The notes beneath the pieces were generated by a model that worked only from the letters and a program-made list of their open reading frames with translations, was not told the origin of the DNA and made no database searches. Positions 49,758 through 58,642 of a DNA stretch of 64,000 nucleotides are shown piece by piece. The DNA is from Dehalococcoidia bacterium. GTDB lineage: Bacteria; Chloroflexota; Dehalococcoidia; UBA2979. The position numbers and the translations under genes are program-made. The stretch's first letter is position 1. Each line of letters opens with the position of its first letter. The DNA is taken from NCBI GenBank assembly GCA_965219085.1, contig OZ244720.1, forward strand, positions 3,146,885 to 3,210,884, read 5' to 3'.

Positions 49758-51683
49758 TCACGGCGGCCAGACGAGCAGGATCAACGGTACGGCGACGACT
49801 GTGATCACGGCCTCGAGGGGCAGCCCCAGCCGCCAGTAGTCGCCGAAGCGGTAGCCGCCCGGGCCCATCACCAGCAGGTTCGACTGATGACCGATCGGCG
49901 TCAGGAACGCGGCCGAGGCGCCGACGGCGACGGCCATGAGGAAGGGGTCGGGTGAGGCGCTGAGCCCGCCCGCGACACCGAGCGCGATCGGCGCCATGAG
50001 CACGGCTGCCGCGGTGTTGTTGACCAGGTCCGACAGGAACATCGAGATCATCAGCACTGCCGCGACGCTCATCCAGAGCGGCAGGTCGGCGCTCACGGCG
50101 ACGAGCGCCTCTGCAACCTGCGCCGCCAGGCCGGTGTCCTCGAGCGCGCCGCCCACGGGGATCATCGCGCCGAGCAGCACGATCACCCTCCAGTCGATCG
50201 CCTCGTACACCTCTTTCGGCGAGACGAGCCCAACGAGTCCCATCACTGCCGCGGCGCCGGCCATCGCCACCTGGATCGGCAGCAGCCGGAGCGCGGCCGC
50301 CGTCACCAGGGCGCCGCCGAGGATCGACACGGCGAGCAGCGCACGGCGCTCTTGCCTGCCGATGCTGAGACCGCGTTCCGCAAGCGGTAAGCACTTCAGC
50401 GCATCGAGCACGGCCGGGAGTTCGCCGCGATTCGCCTGCAGGAGCAACACGTCGCCGACCTCGAGCAGTGTCTCCCGCATGCGCATGCGGGACTGCCGGC
50501 CGCGGCGCGAGACTGCCAGCACGTTCACGTGGTGGCGCCGGCGCAGATCAGCCTGCACCACCGTCCTGGCTCGCAGCGGGGAGTCGGGCATGACCACGGC
50601 CTCGGCCAGGACGACGTCGCCGCCAGCGAGTTCGTCCACGACGTTCGCTCTCCCGCTCGGGGTCTCCAGGCCCGCGTCGGCGACGAGCGCCTCAAGCGCA
50701 TCGCCGCTGGCTTCGACGACGAGCACGTCGCCCGCGCGCAGGAGCTCGAAGCTCGAGGGAAGCGCGATCCTGTAGTCGCTCCGCACGATCGCGACCACGA
50801 CGAAGTCCGCCTGGGACCCTCTGCCGATCTCGAAAATGCTGCGGCCATCCGTGGGGGATCCCTCCGGGATACGGAGCTCGAAGAGGTAGTCACTGATCTC
50901 GAACAGGCGTCCGCTCGCCCCTGCCTCCCGGCGTGGGATGAGCCGCCATCCGACCAGGGCGATGAACGCCAGGCCCGCGACCGCGACGCCGAGTCCGACC
51001 GGTGCGAAATCGAACATCGCGAACGCCTCGCCGGAAGCTTCCGCGCGGAAGGTGGCGATCACGATGTTGGGCGGAGTTCCCACGAGCGTGACCAGGCCTC
51101 CGAGGAGCGAAGCGAAGGCGAGCGGCATGAGGACGGCCGACGGGCCAGCCCCGCCCTGGCGGGACATCCGGATCGCCGTGGGCATCAGGACGGCCAGCGC
51201 CCCGACGTTATTGATGAACGCCGACAGCCCCGCGGCCAGCCCGGAGGTCGCGGCTATCTGGCGAGTGGGCGAGGTTCCCGCGCTCGTGAGCCAGCGGGCC
51301 AGGAGATCGACGGCTCCCGAGTTCTCCAGGCCCCGGCTGGCAACGAGCACGGCTGCGACGGTCACGACCGCCGGGTGGCCAAAGTCGGCAAACGCCTGTT
51401 CACCGGGAATGACGCCGCCCAGCACGAGCGTCAACAGCGCGAGGAGCGCCACCGCGTCGTATCGCCACCGCCCCCACACAAAGAAGACGAACGTGACGGC
51501 GAGCACGAGGACGACGAGCAACTGATCGGTACCCACGGGTGCGTAGGATAGGCGATCGCTCGTCGGCTGTTCGGTCGCTCCGGCCGAGCCCGAGCCCCGA
51601 GCACCGTCGGAGTTCACGCCCGTGCGGGTCCCAGTCCTGCTCCTCGAAGCGGCGGCGGCCACTGCGCCAGGCAACTCAGACAT
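49758..51683 (-). CDS. DASS/SLC13-family anion transporter with two internal TrkA-C domains
   Basis: Roughly 12 TM segments flanking two TrkA-C-like cytoplasmic modules (SDYLFELRIPEGSPTDGRSIFEIG..., DVVLAEAVVMPDSPLRARTVVQADLRRRHHVNVLAVSRRG). The annotated start overlaps the tRNA-Leu repeat, so the true start may lie downstream. Confidence 0.75.
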   Translation of the reverse strand: MSELPGAVAAAASRSRTGTRTGVNSDGARGSGSAGATEQPTSDRLSYAPVGTDQLLVVLVLAVTFVFFVWGRWRYDAVALLALLTLVLGGVIPGEQAFADFGHPAVVTVAAVLVASRGLENSGAVDLLARWLTSAGTSPTRQIAATSGLAAGLSAFINNVGALAVLMPTAIRMSRQGGAGPSAVLMPLAFASLLGGLVTLVGTPPNIVIATFRAEASGEAFAMFDFAPVGLGVAVAGLAFIALVGWRLIPRREAGASGRLFEISDYLFELRIPEGSPTDGRSIFEIGRGSQADFVVVAIVRSDYRIALPSSFELLRAGDVLVVEASGDALEALVADAGLETPSGRANVVDELAGGDVVLAEAVVMPDSPLRARTVVQADLRRRHHVNVLAVSRRGRQSRMRMRETLLEVGDVLLLQANRGELPAVLDALKCLPLAERGLSIGRQERRALLAVSILGGALVTAAALRLLPIQVAMAGAAAVMGLVGLVSPKEVYEAIDWRVIVLLGAMIPVGGALEDTGLAAQVAEALVAVSADLPLWMSVAAVLMISMFLSDLVNNTAAAVLMAPIALGVAGGLSASPDPFLMAVAVGASAAFLTPIGHQSNLLVMGPGGYRFGDYWRLGLPLEAVITVVAVPLILLVWPP

Positions 51684-51684
51684 C

Positions 51685-51728
51685 GTTGGGGTTAATGCCC
51701 CGTGTGGGTTCGAGTCCCACCTTCGGCG
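51685..51728 (+). repeat. Direct repeat of the 3' 44 nt of tRNA-Leu(CAA); putative att site of the island
   Basis: CGTTGGGGTTAATGCCCCGTGTGGGTTCGAGTCCCACCTTCGGC is identical to 15681-15724. Followed by GCCA rather than ACCA, and by about 100 nt of roughly 75% similarity to the sequence after the real tRNA. Confidence 0.75.
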
Positions 51729-52028
51729 CCAATGTTCGCAACGGTTTTCCGATCGGCCTTCGGCGAGTTGTCCTCAGCAGGGTCATCAGTCGTGGCAATC
51801 CTGTGGCTATCTTCGGATCAGGTGTCGGCCAGGGCCGCCGACCGACTCCTGCACACCACGATCTTCACGTGTGCGCCGGCGCCGCGGCCCGCCCGCTCCA
51901 TCTCCGGGATCGCGTACTTGCAGGCGCAACCTCCGACTTCCGTAGCGACCGCAACGCCGTCGGCGCCCGTCGGCGCCCGGCGGCGCCGACGGGAGTCCGC
52001 TTCGCCGGGCCGCGACGCCGACCGGCGC

Positions 52029-53486
52029 TCAGCGATGGCGCCAGGAGAGGAGCGGGAGCAGCTCCGTCACGTCGGGCTGCTCCTCGAGCGCCCAGACGCG
52101 GCGCTCCACCTCGCTGACGCGCGCGTCGTCGAGGAGGCCGCTGGCGCAATCCTCGAACTTCTCCTCGACCTGCCGATCGGTCAGGGGGTTGTCGGGGCCG
52201 CCGCGGTAGGCCTCCCTGGCCTCGCGCTCGAAGCGACGGCCGTCCCGGGTCTCGAGCACGAGCCGTGAGCGAATCTTGTCGACGCCGCGGGCCTCGATCC
52301 CGGCGTCGTGGGCCGTCTCGACGCGGCGCTGCATCTCCTGGACGTCGGGCCTGTTCACGAAGTCGTCGGTGAACTCGTGCTTCCCCGCGCGCCCGGCGAT
52401 GGCGATCGCCGAGAGCAGGAACGCCATCGAGAACTTCCCCTCGAGCTCGGTCGTCGCGACCCGGTAGCGGATCGGACCGAGGATGTTGTTGCCGGCGTAG
52501 AGGGTGATGCGGTCGATGTCGCCGGAGGAGAGCCCCTCGTCCTGCATCAGCGCCAGGAGCGCGTCCATCGACGGGTGTGTGAGCACGCCGCAGGGGTAAG
52601 GCTTGATGGAGACGCCGGGGCTCTCGATGGAGAGGGGCGCGCCGAAGCGGCCGCGCACGAGCTCCGGCTCGGCGCCTCGGCCGGCGACGGCGAGGTAGCC
52701 CCACCGGCCGTCGATCGCCTCCTCGTGCGCGGTGAAGCCCTCGCTCGCGAGGAGCGCCGCCGTCACGCCGTTCTCGGCGGCGCGGCCGACGTGCAGCGGC
52801 TTGGTCATCGTCCCGAAGTTCACGCGGATCCCCGATGCCATCGAGGCGGCGATCCCGATGGTCCGCGCCGTCGTGGTCGCATCGAGCCCGAGCAGCTTCG
52901 CGGCCGCGGTCGCCGCGCCGAGCGTCCCGAACGTGCCGCTCGAATGGAAGCCACCGATGTAGTGATCCGGCGTCACCGCCTCGTTGAGCTTGCACTCCAC
53001 CTCGAATCCGGCGACGAAGGCGGTGAGGAAGCGGCGGCCGCCGACGCCGCCTAGCAGTTCTGCCACGGCGAGGCAGGCGGCAAGCGGCGGCATCGTGGGG
53101 TGTGTGAGCAGCCCGTAGAGCCGCCCCTCCCCCTCGGAAAGCTGCGTGTCGTCCCAGTCCATCGCGTGGCCTGCCGTCCCGTTCCACAGCGCCGCGAGGT
53201 GGGCGGGGAGGCGCACCGATGCGTCGCCAATGACGCGCGCCTGCGGTGCGCCCCCGACCTGCTGCACGTAGCGGGACAGCACCTCGATTGCGGGCTGCTC
53301 CGAGCCGGCGAGGGCGACGCCGAGCCCGTCGAGGATGCAGCGGCGCGCGATCCGCAGCGCCTCGGGCGTGATCTGATCGAAGGTGAGGCCGGTGGCGAAC
53401 TCGACGGCCTCCCGCGTCAGCCCCTCGCTCGGCTCTCCGCGCGCCCTCCAGCCCGCGTCATCCCGCGCCGTGGTCTGCTGCGTCAT
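52029..53486 (-). CDS. MmgE/PrpD-family protein (2-methylcitrate dehydratase-like)
   Basis: Length of about 485 aa, with family blocks GLGVALAGSEQPAIEVL, GHAMDWDDT, GGFHSSGTFGTLGAA and KPYPCGVLTHPSMDA. Confidence 0.8.
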   Translation of the reverse strand: MTQQTTARDDAGWRARGEPSEGLTREAVEFATGLTFDQITPEALRIARRCILDGLGVALAGSEQPAIEVLSRYVQQVGGAPQARVIGDASVRLPAHLAALWNGTAGHAMDWDDTQLSEGEGRLYGLLTHPTMPPLAACLAVAELLGGVGGRRFLTAFVAGFEVECKLNEAVTPDHYIGGFHSSGTFGTLGAATAAAKLLGLDATTTARTIGIAASMASGIRVNFGTMTKPLHVGRAAENGVTAALLASEGFTAHEEAIDGRWGYLAVAGRGAEPELVRGRFGAPLSIESPGVSIKPYPCGVLTHPSMDALLALMQDEGLSSGDIDRITLYAGNNILGPIRYRVATTELEGKFSMAFLLSAIAIAGRAGKHEFTDDFVNRPDVQEMQRRVETAHDAGIEARGVDKIRSRLVLETRDGRRFEREAREAYRGGPDNPLTDRQVEEKFEDCASGLLDDARVSEVERRVWALEEQPDVTELLPLLSWRHR

Positions 53487-53671
53487 CTGGCGCGCCCCTC
53501 CCCCGCGGCCCGGACCCGAGCGCCGATCATACGTGAGCCCTTCGGGCTGGCCCCCCGGCGAGGTCAAGCAGCCCCCGGCCTCCTCCGACCCCATATGAGA
53601 CACGAATCAGCGCGGATGACTCGACCGCAAGGAACGTGCCGGACTGCCGATCGATCCCGTACCCTCGACGC

Positions 53672-54016
53672 ATGACCGACTCATCGGGAGCCGCCCGGAC
53701 AGCGACCGTCGTGACCGTGTACCCCATGACCGGCCGGCAGCTCTTCTTCAACGTCCCGCACGCCATCTGCGAGGAGTGCGACCTGACCGTCCGCCTCGTC
53801 CAGCGTGTCGCCTCCGACCTCCCCTATGTCGAGGTTCGTATCAAGCCGTGGTTCAACCACCTCTTCGACGCCCTGCGCCGTGGCGGCTGGCACCCGCCGG
53901 TCGTGACGATCAACGGCAGGATCACCACCCAGGGGGTCGTCCCTGACGAGGACCGGCTCCGCCACGCCCTCGAGCGCGCCGCGCCTACCACGGTCGCCGG
54001 CGCCGATGACGCCTGA
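53672..54016 (+). CDS. Small thioredoxin/glutaredoxin-like protein (CxxC = CEEC)
   Basis: TVVTVY...HAICEECDL...YVEVRIKPWFNHLFDAL...PPVVTINGRITTQG is arranged like glutaredoxin-like DUF836 proteins. Weak. Confidence 0.4.
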   Translation: MTDSSGAARTATVVTVYPMTGRQLFFNVPHAICEECDLTVRLVQRVASDLPYVEVRIKPWFNHLFDALRRGGWHPPVVTINGRITTQGVVPDEDRLRHALERAAPTTVAGADDA

Positions 54017-54914
54017 CGACGCCCCCGCTGCCACCGAGGCTCGACGCACCCTCCTCGGCGGGCAGCTCGCGGTCGGCTCCACCCGCGAGTGGCTTCGGGC
54101 CTGGGCAGCCATCCTCATCCTGCTCGGTCCCGCGAGGCTCGTCCTTCGCCTCGCCGCGGCACTGCCGGACCGGGGCCCCGCGGGCATCCGTGGCCGGGCG
54201 GCCGTACGGGGCGCCGAGCGCTGGTGGGCTCGGCTCGCCGCCCGCTTCATCGGGCTGCGCCTGCACATCAGCGGCCTCGAACACATCGACCCGGACGAGC
54301 GATACGTCGTCGTCTCCCTCCACGAGGGCTTCGCCGACGGCCTCGCCCTCCTCCATCTTCCCCTCTCGCTCACCGCCGTCGCCCGCGACGAGCTCGCCAC
54401 GTTCCCGTTCCTCGGCGGCCAGCTCGCGCGCGGGCGACACCTCTTCATCCGCCCCGAGCGCCCGCTCAGTGCCGCCCGCACGCTCCATCGCGGCGCCCGC
54501 GCTGCCATCGAGGCCGGCGACAGCGTCCTCTTGTTCCCGCAGGGCTCGATCCTCGGCATCGAGATCGCGTTCCAGCCTGGAGCGTTTCGCCTGGCGGGCC
54601 GCCTCGGCCGCCCGCTCCTCCCGATCGTCGTCACGGGCGGGCACCGTGTCTGGGAGCACCCCTTCACCCCCACCCTGCGCGCCAACCAGTCCATGAGCGT
54701 CGCCGTGCTCCCGCCCGTCCCGCCCGGCGAAGCCGTCTCCCGGCGAGCCCACATCGAGCGGTGCATGAGACAACTTGCGCTCGCCAGCGCCACGCCGCCT
54801 CGGCACTTCGACCCCAGCCGCGACGGCTACTGGGACGGCTACCGCTACGAGATCGACGACGCCTTCGCCGACCTCGCCCAACGGATCGCCAGCCATCGCC
54901 GCGGCGTCACCTGA
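54006..54914 (+). CDS. Lysophospholipid acyltransferase (PlsC/LPLAT family)
   Basis: HxxxxD motif in VVSLHEGFADGL, an FPQGS-type block LLFPQGSILG, and an N-terminal membrane helix. Confidence 0.65.
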   Translation: MTPDDAPAATEARRTLLGGQLAVGSTREWLRAWAAILILLGPARLVLRLAAALPDRGPAGIRGRAAVRGAERWWARLAARFIGLRLHISGLEHIDPDERYVVVSLHEGFADGLALLHLPLSLTAVARDELATFPFLGGQLARGRHLFIRPERPLSAARTLHRGARAAIEAGDSVLLFPQGSILGIEIAFQPGAFRLAGRLGRPLLPIVVTGGHRVWEHPFTPTLRANQSMSVAVLPPVPPGEAVSRRAHIERCMRQLALASATPPRHFDPSRDGYWDGYRYEIDDAFADLAQRIASHRRGVT

Positions 54915-54935
54915 CGGCCTGTGTTCAGCGCCCCG

Positions 54936-55757
54936 CTAGCTGTCGCCGGCGAATCGCGGCATCACCTCGGTGGCAAAGGTCTCCAGGTTCCTCAGCGATT
55001 TGCTCAGCGGAATCCCCATGTGTGAGAACTCGACAAGCAGGTAGTCCAGGTGGCATATCTCCCGTAGCTCCTGGATCTTCTCCGCCACGTCATCAGGGGA
55101 ACCGACAAGCAGGCTACGCGGCTCCAGGAAGTCCCAGTCGAGCTTCACGTCGTCGCCCAGAACCTCGCCGGGGTTGGTGAACACCTGCCTGCCGCGAAAC
55201 GGATCGTTGAAGATGAATGCGGACATGATGCGTGCTTCCGCATCCCGCCGTGCCTCTTCCATCGAGGAGGCGACATACATGGATCGCATGACCGCCTGGT
55301 CTTCTCCCAGGGCGAAGGGTCGCCCCTCCCGCTTTGTCCTGACCTGGGCGTAGAGTTCCATCCGCTCCCTGATCCTGAGCGCAGGGGGCTGCCAGTAGCA
55401 CGCCTTCAGTCCGAGCTCGGCCGCAGTCGTCACGGATCGGTCCGTGGAGACGGTCATCCACAGCGGCGGGTGGGGTTTCTGGTAGGGCCTCGGTGTCACC
55501 CGAAGCTTCGTGACCCGCTCCCCGTCCTGCCATTCAGGGTTCGGCGGATACAGCGGATGGGAGAAGACGGTGCCGTCGGCACGGAAGCTGTAGTTGGTTC
55601 CCTGGTATGAGAAGTACTCGTTGGCCCAGATCCCCCTCGCTATCTCCACCGTCTCCTGGAAGAGCTCCCTGTTCTCCTTATCCAGGCGAGGGTCCGCGTT
55701 GGGATGGAACTGTGGACCCTCGTACGGCCAGACTCCCCTGCCGAAGCCGACCTCCAC
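54936..55757 (-). pseudogene. LLM-class (luciferase-like) flavin-dependent oxidoreductase lacking about 85 N-terminal-region codons
   Basis: The 273-aa ORF begins inside the conserved AEDVAILDNLTRGRVEVGFGRG block. A perfect start (AGGAGG-8 nt-ATG, MKFAAFTTVAAS) lies at about 55845 but is in a different frame and only about 30 codons upstream. This implies an internal deletion plus frameshift. Confidence 0.5.
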
Positions 55758-56188
55758 GCGTCCGCGGGTCAGGTTGTCCAGGATCGCAACGTCTTCGGCG
55801 AGCCGTATCGGATGCCGCCACGGTCGTAAACGCCGCGAACTTCATGCCTGGAACCTCCTGTGTGACGGGGCCTTGAGCGCCTCTGAACAGGTCGTGCCCG
55901 GCCTCCGGACCGCGACCTGCCGGTGGGCCCGCGCGTACTGTACTGCGAACGTTCGAGTGGGCGGTGGCGTTGTAGCTGGCGGCACGCTCACGTCGCCCCG
56001 GCAGTGGGCTCACGCCACGTCGGCGTTGAGCGCATGACCGCCCCTTCGCGAAGGGCGCGGCGGGCGCCCCCGCCGGGCGGTCGCTGCAACCGGCTTCCGG
56101 CACGAAGTGCGGTCCGACGAGTGTGCGCAGGCGAACCCGCGTGAGACTGACCGCGGTCCACGACGTGGGCGTAGTACTCCAGGGACGG

Positions 56189-57241
56189 TCATGCGAGAGC
56201 GAGGATGTTGGCCGGGTTGTCCTCCGTAATCGCCCGAATCTCATCTCCCGAAAAGCCCTTGCGCCGCATCGTGGGAACGATGTTCTCGAGGATGTGGCCG
56301 TAGCCGTGCCCGCCGTACGTCACCAGCCGGTGCTTCGTGAAGATGTCCTGCCCCATGACGACCCTGTCGGAGTAGCCCGCGTCGGCGATGCGCTTGATGA
56401 CGTCCAGCCGCTGGGCGTCGCTGGGCATGTCGAGTGCGGCCTGGGGATAGTAAGATCCCTCATTGCCGAACAGATCCCATTCGAGGTAGCAGCCCGACTC
56501 GGCGATGCTCCGAAGCGCGTCGAACTCGAACACCGTGCGGTCCAGATGTCCCATGATTACCCGGGAAATGTCCGCGCCGCTGTTCGCCAGCAGTTCCAGT
56601 ATCTGGGCGGGCGCATCCTGATTTCGTCCCGGATGAATCAATATCGCCGCGCCTGTCTCCCGCTGCGCAATGGCCGCCGCCGCAAGCGACTTGCGCTCGT
56701 TCGTCGTGAGCGGCCAGCTGCAGCCGACCTCCCCGATGATGCCCGCCTTGATGCCGGTGCCGTCGACGCCTTCCGTCAGGTCGGCGGCAATCTCGAGCGC
56801 AAGATCCTCCGCACTCCGCTGATCCATACCCACGGGATGGACCGCGTCCACGTAGAAGCCGGCGCCCATGATGATGTGCACTCCCGATTCGCGGGAGACG
56901 CGGGCCAGCACGGCGGGGTCGCGCCCGATGCCCGCTGTCGTCGCATCTACGATCGCGCCGCCTCCGACGTCTCTGTACATCCTGACTTCCCGGATGGCGG
57001 TGTCCGGGTCCATCAAGTGCAGATTGGATTGGTTGCTGTAGTAGTTGCGCCGTATCCATCCCAGGTTATTCAGCGCTATGGGGGCGTCCTCCAGTTCCCG
57101 GGACGCCGAGAACTGGGCAGGGCGAAACAAGAACGAGAGGTCGGCATGGAGGTGCTCATGAGTCGTGGCGGGACCAAGCTTCGATGGTGGCACGGGACCC
57201 AAGACGGTCTGGATGAGACCTTGATTCTCTCTTCGTGGCAT
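56189..57241 (-). CDS. Phosphotriesterase-family metal-dependent hydrolase (PTE / lactonase-like)
   Basis: Start MPRRENQGLIQTVLGPVPPSKLGPATTHEHLHADLS (G.t.HEHL signature). Further amidohydrolase His/Asp positions (ILIHPGRNQ, MGHLDRT). Confidence 0.75.
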   Translation of the reverse strand: MPRRENQGLIQTVLGPVPPSKLGPATTHEHLHADLSFLFRPAQFSASRELEDAPIALNNLGWIRRNYYSNQSNLHLMDPDTAIREVRMYRDVGGGAIVDATTAGIGRDPAVLARVSRESGVHIIMGAGFYVDAVHPVGMDQRSAEDLALEIAADLTEGVDGTGIKAGIIGEVGCSWPLTTNERKSLAAAAIAQRETGAAILIHPGRNQDAPAQILELLANSGADISRVIMGHLDRTVFEFDALRSIAESGCYLEWDLFGNEGSYYPQAALDMPSDAQRLDVIKRIADAGYSDRVVMGQDIFTKHRLVTYGGHGYGHILENIVPTMRRKGFSGDEIRAITEDNPANILALA

Positions 57242-57802
57242 GGGGTTGATCCTCGTGTAGCGTGCTCCACAAGTCCAACATGACCCGTTCAGCCGCGCAA
57301 GACTTCGCCTCTCGAGTCCGAGGTCGCGTCGGTCACTGGCGATCCCGCCCGAGGGCCGCAGGACGTAGTTGAGCACCAGCAGCATCGCGCCCTTCCGCCA
57401 CCCTCGGGAGGTCGAGCGCCGCTCCGATCACGTCAACTCGGCGCGGACGGAATAATGGCGACGCACAGCCTCGAGACGAAGTACGCCAGGCGGGATCTCG
57501 CAGTGGCTTACCTGACGCCGGCAGGTCTCCACTGCTCTCCGCGCGTGGCCGCGATATCTGACGCCGTGCTCTGGAGCAGCGACACCCGTGCACAGACGAG
57601 GCCCCCACCACGCGACGCGACATGACCCCCTCGGCGTTCCCCGCTAGCAAGGTGCTGAAAAACCCCTGAAGGCGCGGAAACGGAGCGCTTGGAGCGCTGC
57701 GGAGCTACAAGAACCCCTTTAAAACAAAGGGTTTCGCGTGAGCCGCAATCAGCCGATTCAGGGCCGAGACCGCCCGGGAAGACTTTTTCAGCAGCCTGCT
57801 AG

Positions 57803-58402
57803 TTAGTCCTGTCCTGACGCCGTGGTCCTTGCGGCCGCGCGGATCGCCTCCATGAGCGAGCTTCGCAAGTCCTCGCCCGTGCGGAACCGCGCGGGGTGCG
57901 CCTCGGACTGCTCCGCCCGCGCTTCTGTCGACTCGTCGGTGTCGCGGTCGTCCTCGGCGGCCCGTTCCGGCGTCTCGCCGTCGTTGAGCTGGTGGAACCA
58001 CGCGTGCGGGGCCGGCAGTGCTGTTGCGGTCCACGGCTCCGCCGGGCCGTAGACGAGGAAGATGTCCCAGGCGGTCTGGTGCTTCCAGCCCAACCGGCGC
58101 GCCATCGCGCGGCCGAGCCGCTGCTCGGGATCGTGGAACGCCGCCATCCGGGAATCCGCGACTCGCGCGGCCTCTTCGCGCGCGGCTTCGAGGTTGTCGG
58201 CCGGCAGCATGTCGATGAAGACCCGCGCCATGCGGAAGTCCAGCCCGGGTTCGTTGAGGAGCGGTTCGAGTGCCTCCCGGGCACCACTGACGCAGCGCTC
58301 TCAGGTCGCCGAGTTGATCGCCACGAGGCGAGCAGAATCGCTGTGCGCGTTGAACCACTGTCGCAGCGGTTTCAGGCTGCCCGAGAGGTCGTGGACCATC
58401 AT
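57803..58402 (-). CDS. Thioredoxin/glutaredoxin-fold protein with in-frame TGA at codon 34, forming a UxxC (U-E-R-C) motif: candidate selenoprotein (alternatively a nonsense-disrupted gene)
   Basis: AGGAGG 8 nt upstream of ATGATG at 58402. MMVHDLSGSLKPLRQWFNAHSDSARLVAINSAT, then TGA (plus 58301-58303), then ERCVSGAREALEPLLNEPGLDFRMARVFIDML. The beta1-UxxC-alpha1-beta2 order matches the Trx/Grx fold. A stem-loop (GAGCG...GTGCC CGGGA GGCAC...CGCTC) starts right after the TGA. The track only annotates the 142-aa 3' part (57803..58231). Confidence 0.4.
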
Positions 58403-58642
58403 GTCTGCGCCTCCTGCACGAACTGTAGCAACGCTCGCACCCTGCGTGCTCATCCTTCGCCGTCACTCCTGCTTCGCCCGGCGACCCCTCGTGAGCCGCG
58501 ACCGGTCGTACGCTCCCGTTATGTCGGTTCGGGCAGCAGTTCCGAGCAGCCTGCACACCCGAAGGCGCTGTATGGGCACGCGCCCTCCCCAGCCGGCATG
58601 GCATCATGCGCAGGATCGCGGCAGGCGAGAAAGGAGCCCGAC

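Larger units (their letters stand above)
15729..51728. mobile_element. Putative degraded genomic island inserted at the tRNA-Leu 3' end. Bounded by the intact tRNA and a direct repeat of its 3' 44 nt. No integrase present
   Basis: Exact 44-nt direct repeat (15681-15724 vs 51685-51728), plus about 100 nt of about 75% similar flank after each copy. The interval holds six IS elements or remnants, decayed TA toxins and accessory cargo. Confidence 0.45.

Noticed and set aside
15729-51728. Prophage interpretation of the tRNA-bounded interval
   Set aside because: No capsid, terminase, portal, tail or integrase genes are present. The content is IS elements, TA remnants, an adhesin and metabolic genes, so it is called a degraded genomic island rather than a prophage
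53672-54016. A second selenoprotein candidate (small Trx-like protein)
   Set aside because: It has an ordinary CEEC motif and no in-frame TGA
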